Below are positions 19,296 through 29,728 of a stretch of DNA of 64,000 nucleotides, one piece after another. How positions within the stretch are numbered: position 1 is the first letter of the stretch; each line of letters opens with the position of its first letter. The notes beneath the pieces are model-generated. The model saw only the letters and a program-made list of their open reading frames with translations. It was not told the DNA's origin and ran no database searches. The stretch is from positions 62,001 to 126,000 of IMG/VR virus record IMGVR_UViG_3300042540_001822. The stretch is one strand, 5' to 3'. A program made the translations under genes and the position numbers.

Positions 19296-20171
19296 ATGAA
19301 ACACATTCAATCCTTTTCCCTGTTCGAAGCCCAAACTTCTGTCCTGACAACCGACCAAGAGGAATTTTTAAATGAATGCACCGACGGGACCTGGTCGGTT
19401 AATCCAACAACAGGTCTGGTAGATGTTAAAGGAGATTTTGATTGTAGTTCCAAAAGGCTGAAGTCTTTGTCGGGCATCTCGTTCGGACATGTCAGTGGGT
19501 ATTTCTTCTGTTCCAACAACCAATTGACCTCCCTGAAAGGAGCACCTCAGACGGTGAGTGGGACTTTCTTCTGTACTGACAACAAACTGACCTCCCTGAA
19601 AGGAGCACCACAGACGGTGGGTGGGAGTTTCTACTGCGGTGAAAACCAATTGACCTCCCTGGAAGGTGCACCCCAGACGGTGAGTGAGGATTTTTGGTGT
19701 CACCAAAACCGACTGACCTCCCTCGAAGGAGCACCCCAGACGGTGGGTGGAAGTTTCAACTGTATGGACAACCGGCTGACCTCCCTGGCGGGAGCACCTC
19801 AGACGGTGGATGTGGATTTCAATTGCTTTCATAACAATCTTAAATCCTTGGAAGGAGCACCTCAGAAGGTGGGTAGGAATTTTAAGTGTAACGGATTCCA
19901 ATTAGATCCAGGCAAATGGAACATGGAAGGATGGCTGGAGGTTCTGAACACAGGAACACCAGCAGCCCAAAAATTGATTCTAACCCTTCCATGGCTACAA
20001 CCGAACTGGTGGAACTCTGAACTTCAGCGGGATCCCGGTAAAACAGTTCATCTATTGGCCACTGTATGGAATGACATGACAAAGAACATGCAATCTGCAA
20101 TTAAGATTCCTAAGGGATATGAAGATGATTTCGAACTGTTTTCTGGATTTGACGAGCTGGGCTTGTTTTAA
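19296..20171 (+). CDS. LRR-like variable-module protein 7 (6 modules)
   Basis: Paralogue. Confidence 0.9.
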   Translation: MKHIQSFSLFEAQTSVLTTDQEEFLNECTDGTWSVNPTTGLVDVKGDFDCSSKRLKSLSGISFGHVSGYFFCSNNQLTSLKGAPQTVSGTFFCTDNKLTSLKGAPQTVGGSFYCGENQLTSLEGAPQTVSEDFWCHQNRLTSLEGAPQTVGGSFNCMDNRLTSLAGAPQTVDVDFNCFHNNLKSLEGAPQKVGRNFKCNGFQLDPGKWNMEGWLEVLNTGTPAAQKLILTLPWLQPNWWNSELQRDPGKTVHLLATVWNDMTKNMQSAIKIPKGYEDDFELFSGFDELGLF

Positions 20172-20186
20172 AGGATATATTAGGAC

Positions 20187-20810
20187 ATGAAACACATCCA
20201 ATCCTTTTCTCTGTTCGAAGCCCAAACTTCTGTCCTGACAACCGACCAAGAGGAATTTTTAAATGAATGCACCGACGGGACCTGGTCGGTCAACCGGCAC
20301 ACTGGTCTGGTCAATGTGCAAGGAGGTTTTGCTTGTAGTTTCAAAAGTCTAACGTCTCTGAATGGCATCTCGTTCGGACACGTCAGTGGTAATTTCTTCT
20401 GTTTCTACAACCATCTGACCTCCCTGGAAGGAGCACCTCAGACGGTGGGTGGGGATTTCTTCTGTGATAAAAACAGATTAACCTCCCTGGAAGGAGCACC
20501 ACAAGAAATAAATGGTCGATTTCTTTGTGATGAATTTGAATTAATCAAGGGTAAATGGAACATTGAAGGATGGGCGGAGGTTCTGAACACGGGAACGGAA
20601 GAAGCCAAAAAATTGATTCTCACCCTTCCGTGGCTCCAACCGGACTGGTGGAACTCGGAACTCCAACGGGATCCAGGGAAGACGGTTCATCTATTGGCCA
20701 CTGTATGGAAGAGCATGCCAAAGGACATGCAATCTGCAATTAAGATCCCTCGGGGATATGAAGGTGATTTCGAATTGTTTTCTGGATTTGACGAGCTGGG
20801 TTTGTTTTAA
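20187..20810 (+). CDS. LRR-like variable-module protein 8 (2 modules)
   Basis: Paralogue. Confidence 0.9.
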   Translation: MKHIQSFSLFEAQTSVLTTDQEEFLNECTDGTWSVNRHTGLVNVQGGFACSFKSLTSLNGISFGHVSGNFFCFYNHLTSLEGAPQTVGGDFFCDKNRLTSLEGAPQEINGRFLCDEFELIKGKWNIEGWAEVLNTGTEEAKKLILTLPWLQPDWWNSELQRDPGKTVHLLATVWKSMPKDMQSAIKIPRGYEGDFELFSGFDELGLF

Positions 20811-20910
20811 AGGATAATCGCAGATCCGGAGTGAATTTTTTTTGGAAAAATTCGAAAGTTTGAGGATTTATATGTAATTTTGGGGTAAACACACTTCAAA
20901 AAAAATTGTA

Positions 20911-21303
20911 ATGAACACACCAGTAAGTTTTGAATTAGCTAAGTTGCTAAAAGAAAAAGGATTTGATGGTAATTACTTTCATTATTGGAATATGGTAAAT
21001 CATAGCGGAGAATGGAAAGTAGATACAAGTATATGGGAATATACTGACAATTATATTGAAGCACCAACCATTGCAGAAGTAGTAATGTGGTTGTATGAGA
21101 AGCATGGGATTTGGATTTATCCATTACCTATAGATGATGATATGAAATTATGGCAAGCAAGAATTATTAAAGGTGAACCATTTAATAAATTAAGCAATAC
21201 CTTAAAAATAATATCTTATGGGGAAATTTCCTACAGAGGTATATATTCACCAACAGAAGCTTATGAAGCTGCTATCAAATACACTTTAAAAAACTTAATC
21301 TAA
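20911..21303 (+). CDS. Phage protein, MNTPVSFELAKLLKEK family
   Basis: Conserved ends shared with 21698..22063. Confidence 0.8.
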   Translation: MNTPVSFELAKLLKEKGFDGNYFHYWNMVNHSGEWKVDTSIWEYTDNYIEAPTIAEVVMWLYEKHGIWIYPLPIDDDMKLWQARIIKGEPFNKLSNTLKIISYGEISYRGIYSPTEAYEAAIKYTLKNLI

Positions 21304-21701
21304 TGTTAGAAAAAGACTTTGTACCTTACGAACCATCCTTAGCACTCAGAGAACTTGGTTTTGACGAGCCTTGTTTTGGGTATTATGAACCTAATAAAGT
21401 GTTTAATTACATAAATTGGGAAATCTTTAAAGATTTTCCATACCTTGCAAAAAATAGTGAATGGCAAGATTTATGTGGGGCACCAACATACTCACAAGCA
21501 TTCAGATGGTTTAGAGATAAGTATAAAATTCATTCAGTTATTAATCTTACTATAATTGGTACTTGGTATTTTGAATTATATGATTTGAATGATAAAAGAA
21601 ATGCTGAGATTAAAACAAATCAAAATGAATTTAAAACACCCGAAGAAGCAGAACTTGCTTGTCTTATCAAACTAATTGAAATTGTAAAAGAAAAGAAATG
21701 A
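21303..21701 (+). CDS. Phage protein, KEFVPYE/APTFSQAFRWFR family
   Basis: Shared with 22060 and 22490. Confidence 0.8.
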   Translation: MLEKDFVPYEPSLALRELGFDEPCFGYYEPNKVFNYINWEIFKDFPYLAKNSEWQDLCGAPTYSQAFRWFRDKYKIHSVINLTIIGTWYFELYDLNDKRNAEIKTNQNEFKTPEEAELACLIKLIEIVKEKK

Positions 21702-22063
21702 ACACACCAGTAAGTTTTGAATTAGCTAAGTTGCTAAAAGAAAAAGAGTTTGAACAAAAAACAAAATCATATAATGAAGATGGTAAACTAGTTACCGTTT
21801 CTTTAACTATAAGAAGATTCAACCCAGAAAAAATTTATTATCCAGCACCAACCATTGCAGAAGTAGTAATGTGGTTGTATGAGAAACATGGGATTTGGAT
21901 TGAGGCAAGCTTAAATCAATTCTCTAAACCTAAAGATTTACACTGGATGTACTCTATAACATTTACACAGAATTGTACTTATTCTCATAGTCCTAAATCA
22001 TATAAATCACCAACAGAAGCATACGAAGCTGCTATTGAATACACTTTAAATAACTTGTTATGA
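21698..22063 (+). CDS. Phage protein, MNTPVSFELAK family
   Basis: Paralogue of 20911. Confidence 0.8.
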   Translation: MNTPVSFELAKLLKEKEFEQKTKSYNEDGKLVTVSLTIRRFNPEKIYYPAPTIAEVVMWLYEKHGIWIEASLNQFSKPKDLHWMYSITFTQNCTYSHSPKSYKSPTEAYEAAIEYTLNNLL

Positions 22064-22497
22064 ACTCCTTAGAAAAAGAATTTGTCCCTTATGAACAAGC
22101 CTTAGCACTTAAAGAACTTGGGTTTGATGAACCTTGTTTAATGAGGATATGGTGGCTCAATAGTGTTCATAAAGACACAATAATACCTTTTGAACCACAT
22201 ATTTCTATAAATGGTAGAGATATTAACTTTGAATATTCTTTACCAAAGAAACACCCTTCAACAGAATTTGTTGCATTAGAATTACAAGTACCAACATTCT
22301 CACAAGCATTCAGATGGTTTAGAAAAAACCATAAATTAGGTGCAATTGTTAGTCAGTTTGGCTATGGTATAGAAGATGAGTATGGACAAATTATTTACAA
22401 CATTGATGATGACGAAAAACCATTATGCTATGAAGAAGCAGAACTTGCTTGTTTAATCAAACTAATTGGAATTGTAAAAGAAAAGAAAAATGGATAA
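22060..22497 (+). CDS. Phage protein, KEFVPYE family
   Basis: Paralogue. Confidence 0.8.
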   Translation: MNSLEKEFVPYEQALALKELGFDEPCLMRIWWLNSVHKDTIIPFEPHISINGRDINFEYSLPKKHPSTEFVALELQVPTFSQAFRWFRKNHKLGAIVSQFGYGIEDEYGQIIYNIDDDEKPLCYEEAELACLIKLIGIVKEKKNG

Positions 22498-22882
22498 AGA
22501 ATTTGTACTCTACGAACAAGCCTTAGCACTCAGAGAACTTGGGTTTGATGAACCTTGTATTTGTGGTTATTCAAAAAGTAATGAAAAACTTGAAATTTAT
22601 TCTAGATTTTTAGTTACAAAAGATAGTTTTACTGTTGATGCACCAACATTCTCACAAGCATTCAGATGGTTTAGAGAGAAGCATAATCTAAGAGAGTTTA
22701 TTGGATTTAGACCAAATGTTAAAAAGTTTGCTTTCCACATCTATGATATGTCATTATCAGGTATGGAGTATGTTAAACAAAGAACAATGGAAGAATTTAA
22801 TAAAGACCCTAAAGTTGGAACCTACGAAGAAGCTGAACTTGGTTGTTTAATCAAACTAATTGAAATTGTGAAAAACAAATAG
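22490..22882 (+). CDS. Phage protein, KEFVPYE family
   Basis: Paralogue. Confidence 0.8.
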   Translation: MDKEFVLYEQALALRELGFDEPCICGYSKSNEKLEIYSRFLVTKDSFTVDAPTFSQAFRWFREKHNLREFIGFRPNVKKFAFHIYDMSLSGMEYVKQRTMEEFNKDPKVGTYEEAELGCLIKLIEIVKNK

Positions 22883-22883
22883 A

Positions 22884-23525
22884 ATGAAAAACATACACGT
22901 ATTGCCAACAGACAAACCAAGTAGGTTAGGACAAGTATATGAAAAGTTATCTTTTTTTAAAGATAGAACTTGGGATAATACTGAAAATTGGAGGTGTAAA
23001 AACATCTACATCACTAATGATGAAGAAATTAAAGAAGGAGATTGGTTTTATGATTTAGGTACCAAGTATATTAAGATTAAACAATCTTGGGAAAATTCAC
23101 ATTTAGATTTTAATGGTAAAAAAATAATCCTAACAACAGACCAAGATTTAATCAAAGATGGTGTACAAGCTATTGACGATGAATTTTTAGAGTGGTTTGT
23201 TAAGAATCCAAGTTGTGAGAGTGTTCATGTATATAATCAAACTCAGGTTGGTTATCAATATGATGGATATCATTATATTCTACCAGAATATAATCAAGAA
23301 ACACTTGAAGAAGCTGCTGAAAATTATGTTAGAAATGAGCCAGATGCTACTCTGAAACTAATTAGTAAGTATTCTTTTAAAGATGGTACTAAATGGCAAG
23401 CAGAAACAATGTATAGTGAGGAAGAAGTATTCAATCTATGTCGTGAGTTTGCAATATTTGTACAGCGTAACGGGCCGAGTTATAAGAAACAACAAGAATG
23501 GTTTGAACAATTTAAAAAGAAATAA
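22884..23525 (+). CDS. Phage protein (MKNIHVLPTDKPS / ETLEEAA / YSEEEV modules)
   Basis: ORF track. Confidence 0.8.
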   Translation: MKNIHVLPTDKPSRLGQVYEKLSFFKDRTWDNTENWRCKNIYITNDEEIKEGDWFYDLGTKYIKIKQSWENSHLDFNGKKIILTTDQDLIKDGVQAIDDEFLEWFVKNPSCESVHVYNQTQVGYQYDGYHYILPEYNQETLEEAAENYVRNEPDATLKLISKYSFKDGTKWQAETMYSEEEVFNLCREFAIFVQRNGPSYKKQQEWFEQFKKK

Positions 23526-23528
23526 GAT

Positions 23529-23870
23529 ATGAATAACAATTTAGAATTTGAAAATGAAGACCCATCTCCTGATAGTATAGAAGACAATCATCCAAGAACT
23601 AATTATGGAGAAGGTTATGGTGGTAAAGAAACACTTGAAGAAGTTGCCCATGAAATGCTTGTTGATTATGGAATTAAGTCAATAGGTCAAAGTATAGGAG
23701 TTTTCTCAGTTAAAAAACTTATGGTGAATATGGCTAAATGGCAAGCTGAAAGAAGGTATAGTGAGGAAGAAGTATTCAATCTATGTCGTGAGTTTGCAAT
23801 ATTTGTACAGCGTAACGGGCCGAGTTATAAGAAACAACAAGAGTGGTTTGAACAATTTAAAAAGAAATAA
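23529..23870 (+). CDS. Phage protein sharing its C-terminal module with 22884..23525
   Basis: About 118-bp duplication, 23411-23528 vs 23756-23873. Confidence 0.8.
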   Translation: MNNNLEFENEDPSPDSIEDNHPRTNYGEGYGGKETLEEVAHEMLVDYGIKSIGQSIGVFSVKKLMVNMAKWQAERRYSEEEVFNLCREFAIFVQRNGPSYKKQQEWFEQFKKK

Positions 23871-23871
23871 G

Positions 23872-24576
23872 ATGATACACAAACTAATCCACACGCCCAA
23901 TTACCTGTTGGTGGTTGATGATTCAGAGATTAAAAAAGGGGATAAATCACTTCTAAATATAGAAGGATTTGTACCAATGATATTAACTAATCATGAACCT
24001 ATTGAAGAGGGATATGAAGGTAAAAAAATCATCGCCCACCTACCACTCAACAACTCACCAATTCTTGAAGGAGTGGATTTGTTAGCACCGTTGGAGACAG
24101 AAGATTTTAATCCTACTGGTGAATATACTAAAGAGTACATGTCTTCTTTGATGTTTGATGGCAAATCATTTGTATCGGATGTTCTGTTAGCAACAAGAGT
24201 AGGTTACAACAAAGCCAAAAAGAAGTACAAGTACACATTGAAGGATATAAATATTATGGTAAACAATTGCGTTACATTTGCTATATCAAACACACACCTA
24301 TCAGTAGGTGAGTATGCAACGAAATTCAAAGATTTCTATGATAAGTGCATCCAATCACTCAACCTTTCCGAATTACCTACTTCTTTTGAGTGTGAGATTG
24401 AGCATTTTTATATGTCAAACAAAGAGTTTTACAAAGATGCAGGTTGGGTTAAGTGTGATGAGGCTCAATATAAAAGCATCAAAGAAGAAATACCTACCTG
24501 TCCTTTGAAAAAATTACATAAGGAAACCACAACACCTGAAGGTCATACCCAATGGGTAGGCAAATACATGTACTAA
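23872..24576 (+). CDS. Phage hypothetical protein (MIHKLIHT...)
   Basis: Start moved to the ATG after the previous stop. Confidence 0.75.
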   Translation: MIHKLIHTPNYLLVVDDSEIKKGDKSLLNIEGFVPMILTNHEPIEEGYEGKKIIAHLPLNNSPILEGVDLLAPLETEDFNPTGEYTKEYMSSLMFDGKSFVSDVLLATRVGYNKAKKKYKYTLKDINIMVNNCVTFAISNTHLSVGEYATKFKDFYDKCIQSLNLSELPTSFECEIEHFYMSNKEFYKDAGWVKCDEAQYKSIKEEIPTCPLKKLHKETTTPEGHTQWVGKYMY

Positions 24577-24740
24577 ACAACCCAACCAATAAAAATATAC
24601 ACAGAAGAATTGGATTGGGATAGAATCCATAGAAGAATCAAAACAAAAAATGTTTTTACTTGCTAAACCAAAAGAACTTTTTAATTTTTATGATAAGCCA
24701 GGAAAAACTTTGGATTGGCTTTAAGAGATAAAATCTGCAC

Positions 24741-25319
24741 TCAAATTTGATTTTGAATGGCTTTTCTCATCTGATTCAGATTGGTGGGCTCTATTCTGTA
24801 TTTGAAAAATTTGATGTTGTTGTATTGCGGAAATTCTTTTTTAAATTCGGGGGTTATATCTAACACTTCCCTTATTTTCACTCCAAACTTATTCACATTT
24901 TTTTTCATGATGGAATCGTAAATGTTTGGACGTCTGAAGTCTCCTTGGTATTCCAATTTTGAGCCTATCACAATTGAAACAATTCTTTCGTTTCCCGGAT
25001 ATTCTTGTAACCATTCCTTCACAACACCCACTAAGTTAGACATAACCTCGAGCATGTTGTTCTTGTTTGTCATTTCTACTGAAATTTCATCTTCCACAAT
25101 CCTACCAAAATCTATTTTGAGTGCAGAATCCCCCTGGGAATTGGAAATGATCTGAATGACTACCTGATAGGGATCATCTCCAATTTGGAAATCGTAGAAA
25201 AAAGTTTTTCCGGTTTTTCCCCCGTCTATGGGACGAGTCAATGATGATTTTTTTATTTGGTGGGGTGTCTTTATTCTGTCCCCTATTTCATTCAGTTTAA
25301 ATTCTGTAAAAGATTTCAT
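24741..25319 (-). CDS. Hypothetical protein with MKSFTEFKLNE leader
   Basis: ORF track. Confidence 0.75.
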   Translation of the reverse strand: MKSFTEFKLNEIGDRIKTPHQIKKSSLTRPIDGGKTGKTFFYDFQIGDDPYQVVIQIISNSQGDSALKIDFGRIVEDEISVEMTNKNNMLEVMSNLVGVVKEWLQEYPGNERIVSIVIGSKLEYQGDFRRPNIYDSIMKKNVNKFGVKIREVLDITPEFKKEFPQYNNIKFFKYRIEPTNLNQMRKAIQNQI

Positions 25320-25528
25320 TCGTTTGTTTTTACCTAGGTGAACAAAATTTTCCTTCGGTTGATTTTTTTTCTGTATATGTATCCTCTAAATCCCAGAAGT
25401 TGTCATGGTGTAAAACAAATTGAAATGCGGAATGTTCCCCTTTATTTGGCAGGCCGGGGTTCTTGGAGATCCGACGATTTTAACCCCCATTGTTAAGAAG
25501 TGTCAGTTGTTCCTCTGATATATAGGAC

Positions 25529-26410
25529 ATGAAACATCTGATTCCATTTAGGATCTACGAATCCCAGACGACTTCAGGTCTTACGGAGGGACAGAAGGAA
25601 TTCTTGAACAAATACACACGAGGAACCTGGTCCGTCAATCCAACAACAGGTTTGGTGGATATAGATGGGTATTTTGATTGTTCAGGTAGTAAAATTAAAA
25701 ACTTTATGGGAATTCAATTTGGTGAAGTGACACGATCTTTTGATTGCGAGTCTAACCTTTTAACTTCTTTGGAAGGATCGCCCAGGTTCGTGCGTGGTAC
25801 TTTTAGATGTAACAATAACTCTATCACCTCTTTGGAAGGATCTCCCCAAACTGTAGGGGGGGATTTCCTTTGCAGCAAAAACTCACTTTCTTCGATTAAA
25901 GGAGCTCCAAGAAAAGTTGGTGAGGATTTTTGGTGCAATGATAATGATATAGAAACACTAGAGGGTGGTCCAGATATTGTTGGTAAAGATTTTGAATGCG
26001 AAAATAACCATCTGAGCTCTCTTAAGGGATCACCAAAAACGATTCCGGGAGATTTTTATTGTTATGGAAACCCTTTATTAATTTCTCTCGAAGGAGCACC
26101 ACAGACTATAGATGGGATTTTCTTCCACGACAAAATAAAAATGAAAAAAGGAGAATGGAACATGCGAGGATGGGTGGAGGTTCTGAACACAGGATCAGAA
26201 AAAGACAAAAAATTGATTCTCACCCTGCCATGGCTCCAATCGGACTGGTGGAACTTGGAACTCCAAAGAGATCCTGGGAAGACGGTTCATCTATTGGCCA
26301 ATGTATGGAATCTTATTCCAAAGAACATGCAATCTGCAATTAAGATTCCTAAAGGATATGAAGATGATTTCGAACTGTTTTCCGGATTTAACGAGCTGGG
26401 TTTGTTTTAA
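25529..26410 (+). CDS. LRR-like variable-module protein 9 (6 modules)
   Basis: Paralogue with more divergent modules. Confidence 0.9.
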   Translation: MKHLIPFRIYESQTTSGLTEGQKEFLNKYTRGTWSVNPTTGLVDIDGYFDCSGSKIKNFMGIQFGEVTRSFDCESNLLTSLEGSPRFVRGTFRCNNNSITSLEGSPQTVGGDFLCSKNSLSSIKGAPRKVGEDFWCNDNDIETLEGGPDIVGKDFECENNHLSSLKGSPKTIPGDFYCYGNPLLISLEGAPQTIDGIFFHDKIKMKKGEWNMRGWVEVLNTGSEKDKKLILTLPWLQSDWWNLELQRDPGKTVHLLANVWNLIPKNMQSAIKIPKGYEDDFELFSGFNELGLF

Positions 26411-26424
26411 AGGATATATAGAAC

Positions 26425-26997
26425 ATGAAACACCTGAAATTATTCGAAAATTTCACGAAAGATGATTTGGATAATTTGATTTCGGGATTTGAGGAACTCG
26501 GAATTAACAAAAAGAAATTTCTCAGAATTAAATTTGTTGGTATTTACGTAACTGAATCTGATAGAACAAATGAAGCTGATTTCAGATTTCATAATGATAG
26601 AATTTTGAGGATCCCAATTTCGGAATTTGAAAAAGAAGATTTAGAACCCGGCAAAGAATCTTTTTCGAAAACCCTCCAAGATTCGGTTTTATATGCCATC
26701 AGAAATGGTGAAGCCGAAGTAAATCCAGATTGTGTGGGTGAATTATATATTGGCGAAACTTTTGATCCTAGTACCTTAATCTCCGTCGCCGAAAAAACAC
26801 AAACCCTGGATGGATTTTGGGATCTTGTCACCCAATATTTATATGATGTTGGAACTGATATCATTTATGACCATTTCAGTAATGAAGGTATAATGGAAGA
26901 ATTCGCTGATTTTTTCTTTGACGAATGCAAGAATTTAAAGCCAAAATTTTGGATAGAAAAAGAAGGTGAAAAATGGGGGGAAATCAGTAAAATATAA
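26425..26997 (+). CDS. Acidic protein with N-terminal LISGFEELG motif
   Basis: MKHLKLFENF...DLDNLISGFEELGI. Confidence 0.8.
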   Translation: MKHLKLFENFTKDDLDNLISGFEELGINKKKFLRIKFVGIYVTESDRTNEADFRFHNDRILRIPISEFEKEDLEPGKESFSKTLQDSVLYAIRNGEAEVNPDCVGELYIGETFDPSTLISVAEKTQTLDGFWDLVTQYLYDVGTDIIYDHFSNEGIMEEFADFFFDECKNLKPKFWIEKEGEKWGEISKI

Positions 26998-27001
26998 AGA
27001 C

Positions 27002-27754
27002 ATGAAACATCTTCTCCCATTTAGGATATACGAATCCCAGACGACTTCAGGTCTGACCGAGGAACAGCAGGAATTCTTGAACAAATACACCGAAGGAACC
27101 TGGTCTGTCAATCCAACAACAGGTTTGGTGGACGTTCAGGGTGATTTTAACTGTAGTTCCGAAAGACTGAAGTCTCTGCTGGACATCCATTTCGGACATG
27201 TGGTTGGGAATTTCAACTGTTACGACAACCGACTGACCTCGCTGGCGGGAGCACCCCAGACGGTGGGTGGGAATTTCAACTGTTACAACAACAAACTGAC
27301 CTCCCTGGAAGGATCACCTCAGACGGTGGGTGGGGATTTCAATTGCTTTTTTAACGATCTTAAATCCTTGGAAGGAGCACCTCAGACGGTGGGCGGGAAT
27401 TTCGATTTCTCTCCTAACGATCTTAAATCCTTGGAAGGAGCACCCTATACGATAAATGGGATTTTTATTTCTGACGAATTCAAATTAGATGCTGGCAAAT
27501 GGAACATGGCAGGATGGCTGAAGGTTCTCAACACAGGAACAGAAGAAGCCAAAAAATTGATTCTCACCCTGCCATGGCTCCAACCGGACTGGTGGAACTT
27601 GGAACTCCAACGGGATCCAGGCAAAACAGTCCATCTGTTGGGGTCTTTATGGAACCACTTGCCAAAGAACATTCAATCTGCAATCAAGATTCCTAAGGGA
27701 TATGAAGATCAGATGGATCTGTTTTCTGGATTCGACGAGCTGGGTTTGTTTTAG
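27002..27754 (+). CDS. LRR-like variable-module protein 10 (4 modules)
   Basis: Start moved to MKHLLPF. Confidence 0.9.
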   Translation: MKHLLPFRIYESQTTSGLTEEQQEFLNKYTEGTWSVNPTTGLVDVQGDFNCSSERLKSLLDIHFGHVVGNFNCYDNRLTSLAGAPQTVGGNFNCYNNKLTSLEGSPQTVGGDFNCFFNDLKSLEGAPQTVGGNFDFSPNDLKSLEGAPYTINGIFISDEFKLDAGKWNMAGWLKVLNTGTEEAKKLILTLPWLQPDWWNLELQRDPGKTVHLLGSLWNHLPKNIQSAIKIPKGYEDQMDLFSGFDELGLF

Positions 27755-27769
27755 AGGATACATAAGGAC

Positions 27770-28963
27770 ATGAAACACATTCAATCCTTTTCCCTGTTCG
27801 AAGCTCGGAAGACTTCAGGCCTGACCCAAAAGCAAAAGACTTTCTTGACCAAATACACAATGGGCAGCTGGACATATAATCCGGCCACTGGGATGGTAGA
27901 TGTGGAGGGAAATTTTGACTGTAGTTTCAAATTCATAAAGTCTCTGCCTGGCATCTCGTTCGGACATGTGAGTGGGAATTTTGATTGTTCCGGCAATCAG
28001 CTGACCTCCCTGGCAGGAGCACCCCAGACGGTGGATGGGGGTTTCTTCTGTTCCAGCAACCAACTGACCTCCCTGGAAGGAGCACCTCAGACGGTGGATG
28101 GGACTTTCAACTGTTCCAACAACAAGCTGACCTCCCTGGAAGGAGCACCTCAGACGGTTGGCGGGGATTTTTCCTGTACTTATAACAATCTCACTTCCCT
28201 GGAAGGAGTACCTCAGACGGTAGGAGGTGATTTCTACTGTTATCACAACCAACTGACCTCCCTGGCAGGAGCACCACAGACGGTGGATGGGGATTTCTAC
28301 TGTGAAAACAACCAGCTGACCTCCCTGGAAGGAGCACCCCAGACGGTGAACGGGAATTTCCACTGTTTCTACAACCGGCTGTCCTCCCTGGAAGGAGCAC
28401 CCCAGACGTTGGATGGGGATTTCGAATGTGGATTTAACCAACTGACCTCTCTGGCAGGAGCTCCCCAGACGTTGGATGGGGATTTCGGATGTGATAACAA
28501 CCGACTGACCTCCCTAGAAGGAGCTCCCCAGACGTTGGATGGGAATTTCAAATGTGATAACAACCGACTGACCTCCCTAAAAGGAGCACCCCAGACGGTG
28601 GGTGGGTATTTCATGTGTTTCTACAACCCGCTGTCCTCCCTGAAAGGATCACCCCAGACGGTGGTTGGGAATTTTTGGTGTGACGAATTCGATTTAGATC
28701 CAGGCAAATGGAACATGGAAGGATGGCTGGAGGTTCTGGACACTAGATCAGAAGAAGCCAAAAAATTGATTCTCACCCTTCTATGGCTCCAACCGGACTG
28801 GTGGAACCAGGAACTCCAAAGGGATCCAGGGAAAACAGTTCATCTATTGGCCACTGTATGGAAACATATGCCAAAGGACATGCAATCTGCAATTAAGATT
28901 CCTAAGGGATATGAAGATGATTTCGAACTGTTTACTGGATTTGACGAGCTGGACTTGTTTTGA
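27770..28963 (+). CDS. LRR-like variable-module protein 11 (11 modules)
   Basis: Longest paralogue; ends TGFDELDLF. Confidence 0.9.
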   Translation: MKHIQSFSLFEARKTSGLTQKQKTFLTKYTMGSWTYNPATGMVDVEGNFDCSFKFIKSLPGISFGHVSGNFDCSGNQLTSLAGAPQTVDGGFFCSSNQLTSLEGAPQTVDGTFNCSNNKLTSLEGAPQTVGGDFSCTYNNLTSLEGVPQTVGGDFYCYHNQLTSLAGAPQTVDGDFYCENNQLTSLEGAPQTVNGNFHCFYNRLSSLEGAPQTLDGDFECGFNQLTSLAGAPQTLDGDFGCDNNRLTSLEGAPQTLDGNFKCDNNRLTSLKGAPQTVGGYFMCFYNPLSSLKGSPQTVVGNFWCDEFDLDPGKWNMEGWLEVLDTRSEEAKKLILTLLWLQPDWWNQELQRDPGKTVHLLATVWKHMPKDMQSAIKIPKGYEDDFELFTGFDELDLF

Positions 28964-29071
28964 TTAATGCCCAGATAGAAAATTATTATTGGATAGAAGC
29001 AAAAAGTTATTTTGCTGAGAAGATATATAAATTTATTTGCTAAAATAAAAAAAAATTAAACACAAACAAAT

Positions 29072-29728
29072 ATGCCATTGATTTCTTGGAATTCTTTTTG
29101 TTCTAGTAATATCGAATATTTAAATGAATCCGATGAATTAGAAACATTAATTGGGGGTTTTGAAGATTTGGGTTTTTCCGAAAAAAGATGGTCCTGGTCT
29201 GAAATTGAATCCGCCTGGCATAAAATTATGTGGGAAGGAATTTTTAATTTTGATGTTAACCACACCATATCAAGATTAAATTGCACATTGGCAGGCAATA
29301 ATTTAAGGGTTGAAGTCTACAAACCATTTTCTGTAACTATCAATCAAAAAGTTTTCATCAAATACTTTACCTCTAATTTACAAAAAATTCCTTCTTCTGG
29401 AAAACGAATTGAAAGTTTCACCTTAAACCAAATTTTAGAAACTTTAGATAAAATGGCAAGGGGGTTTTCCATACAATACGGACAAATTGAAGAAATTTTT
29501 GTTCATCTATTGGATGAATTGCGCCAGGATGAAAAAAACCCCAATCTTTGGTTGAAACTTAAGGTAGATTTGGACCCCGAAACGGATCAGGCGGGAAACT
29601 CTAATTTCCGATTATCTTTGTCAGAAATGAAAGTAGATCCTAATTGGGACCAGGTGGCGGATATAATGTGTGATCCAAGAATGCTTAAAGAATTTAAACG
29701 CAATTTGTATGAAAAAGCGGGAATCTAA
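29072..29728 (+). CDS. Protein with LIGGFEDLG motif and WSWSEI repeat
   Basis: Related to 29709 and 30359. Confidence 0.75.
   Translation: MPLISWNSFCSSNIEYLNESDELETLIGGFEDLGFSEKRWSWSEIESAWHKIMWEGIFNFDVNHTISRLNCTLAGNNLRVEVYKPFSVTINQKVFIKYFTSNLQKIPSSGKRIESFTLNQILETLDKMARGFSIQYGQIEEIFVHLLDELRQDEKNPNLWLKLKVDLDPETDQAGNSNFRLSLSEMKVDPNWDQVADIMCDPRMLKEFKRNLYEKAGI

Noticed and set aside
14339-28614. Long antisense and alternate-frame ORFs over the LRR genes (e.g. 14339..14977, 19368..19901, 27815..28441)
   Set aside because: Shadow frames of a GC-richer 63-bp repeat, with no start signals
14429-28963. Diversity-generating retroelement driving LRR variation
   Set aside because: Many variable codons are NNC/NNT, but NNA/NNG also occur. 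There is no reverse transcriptase or invariant non-coding template repeat in the window, and module swapping explains the pattern. Not excluded genome-wide.
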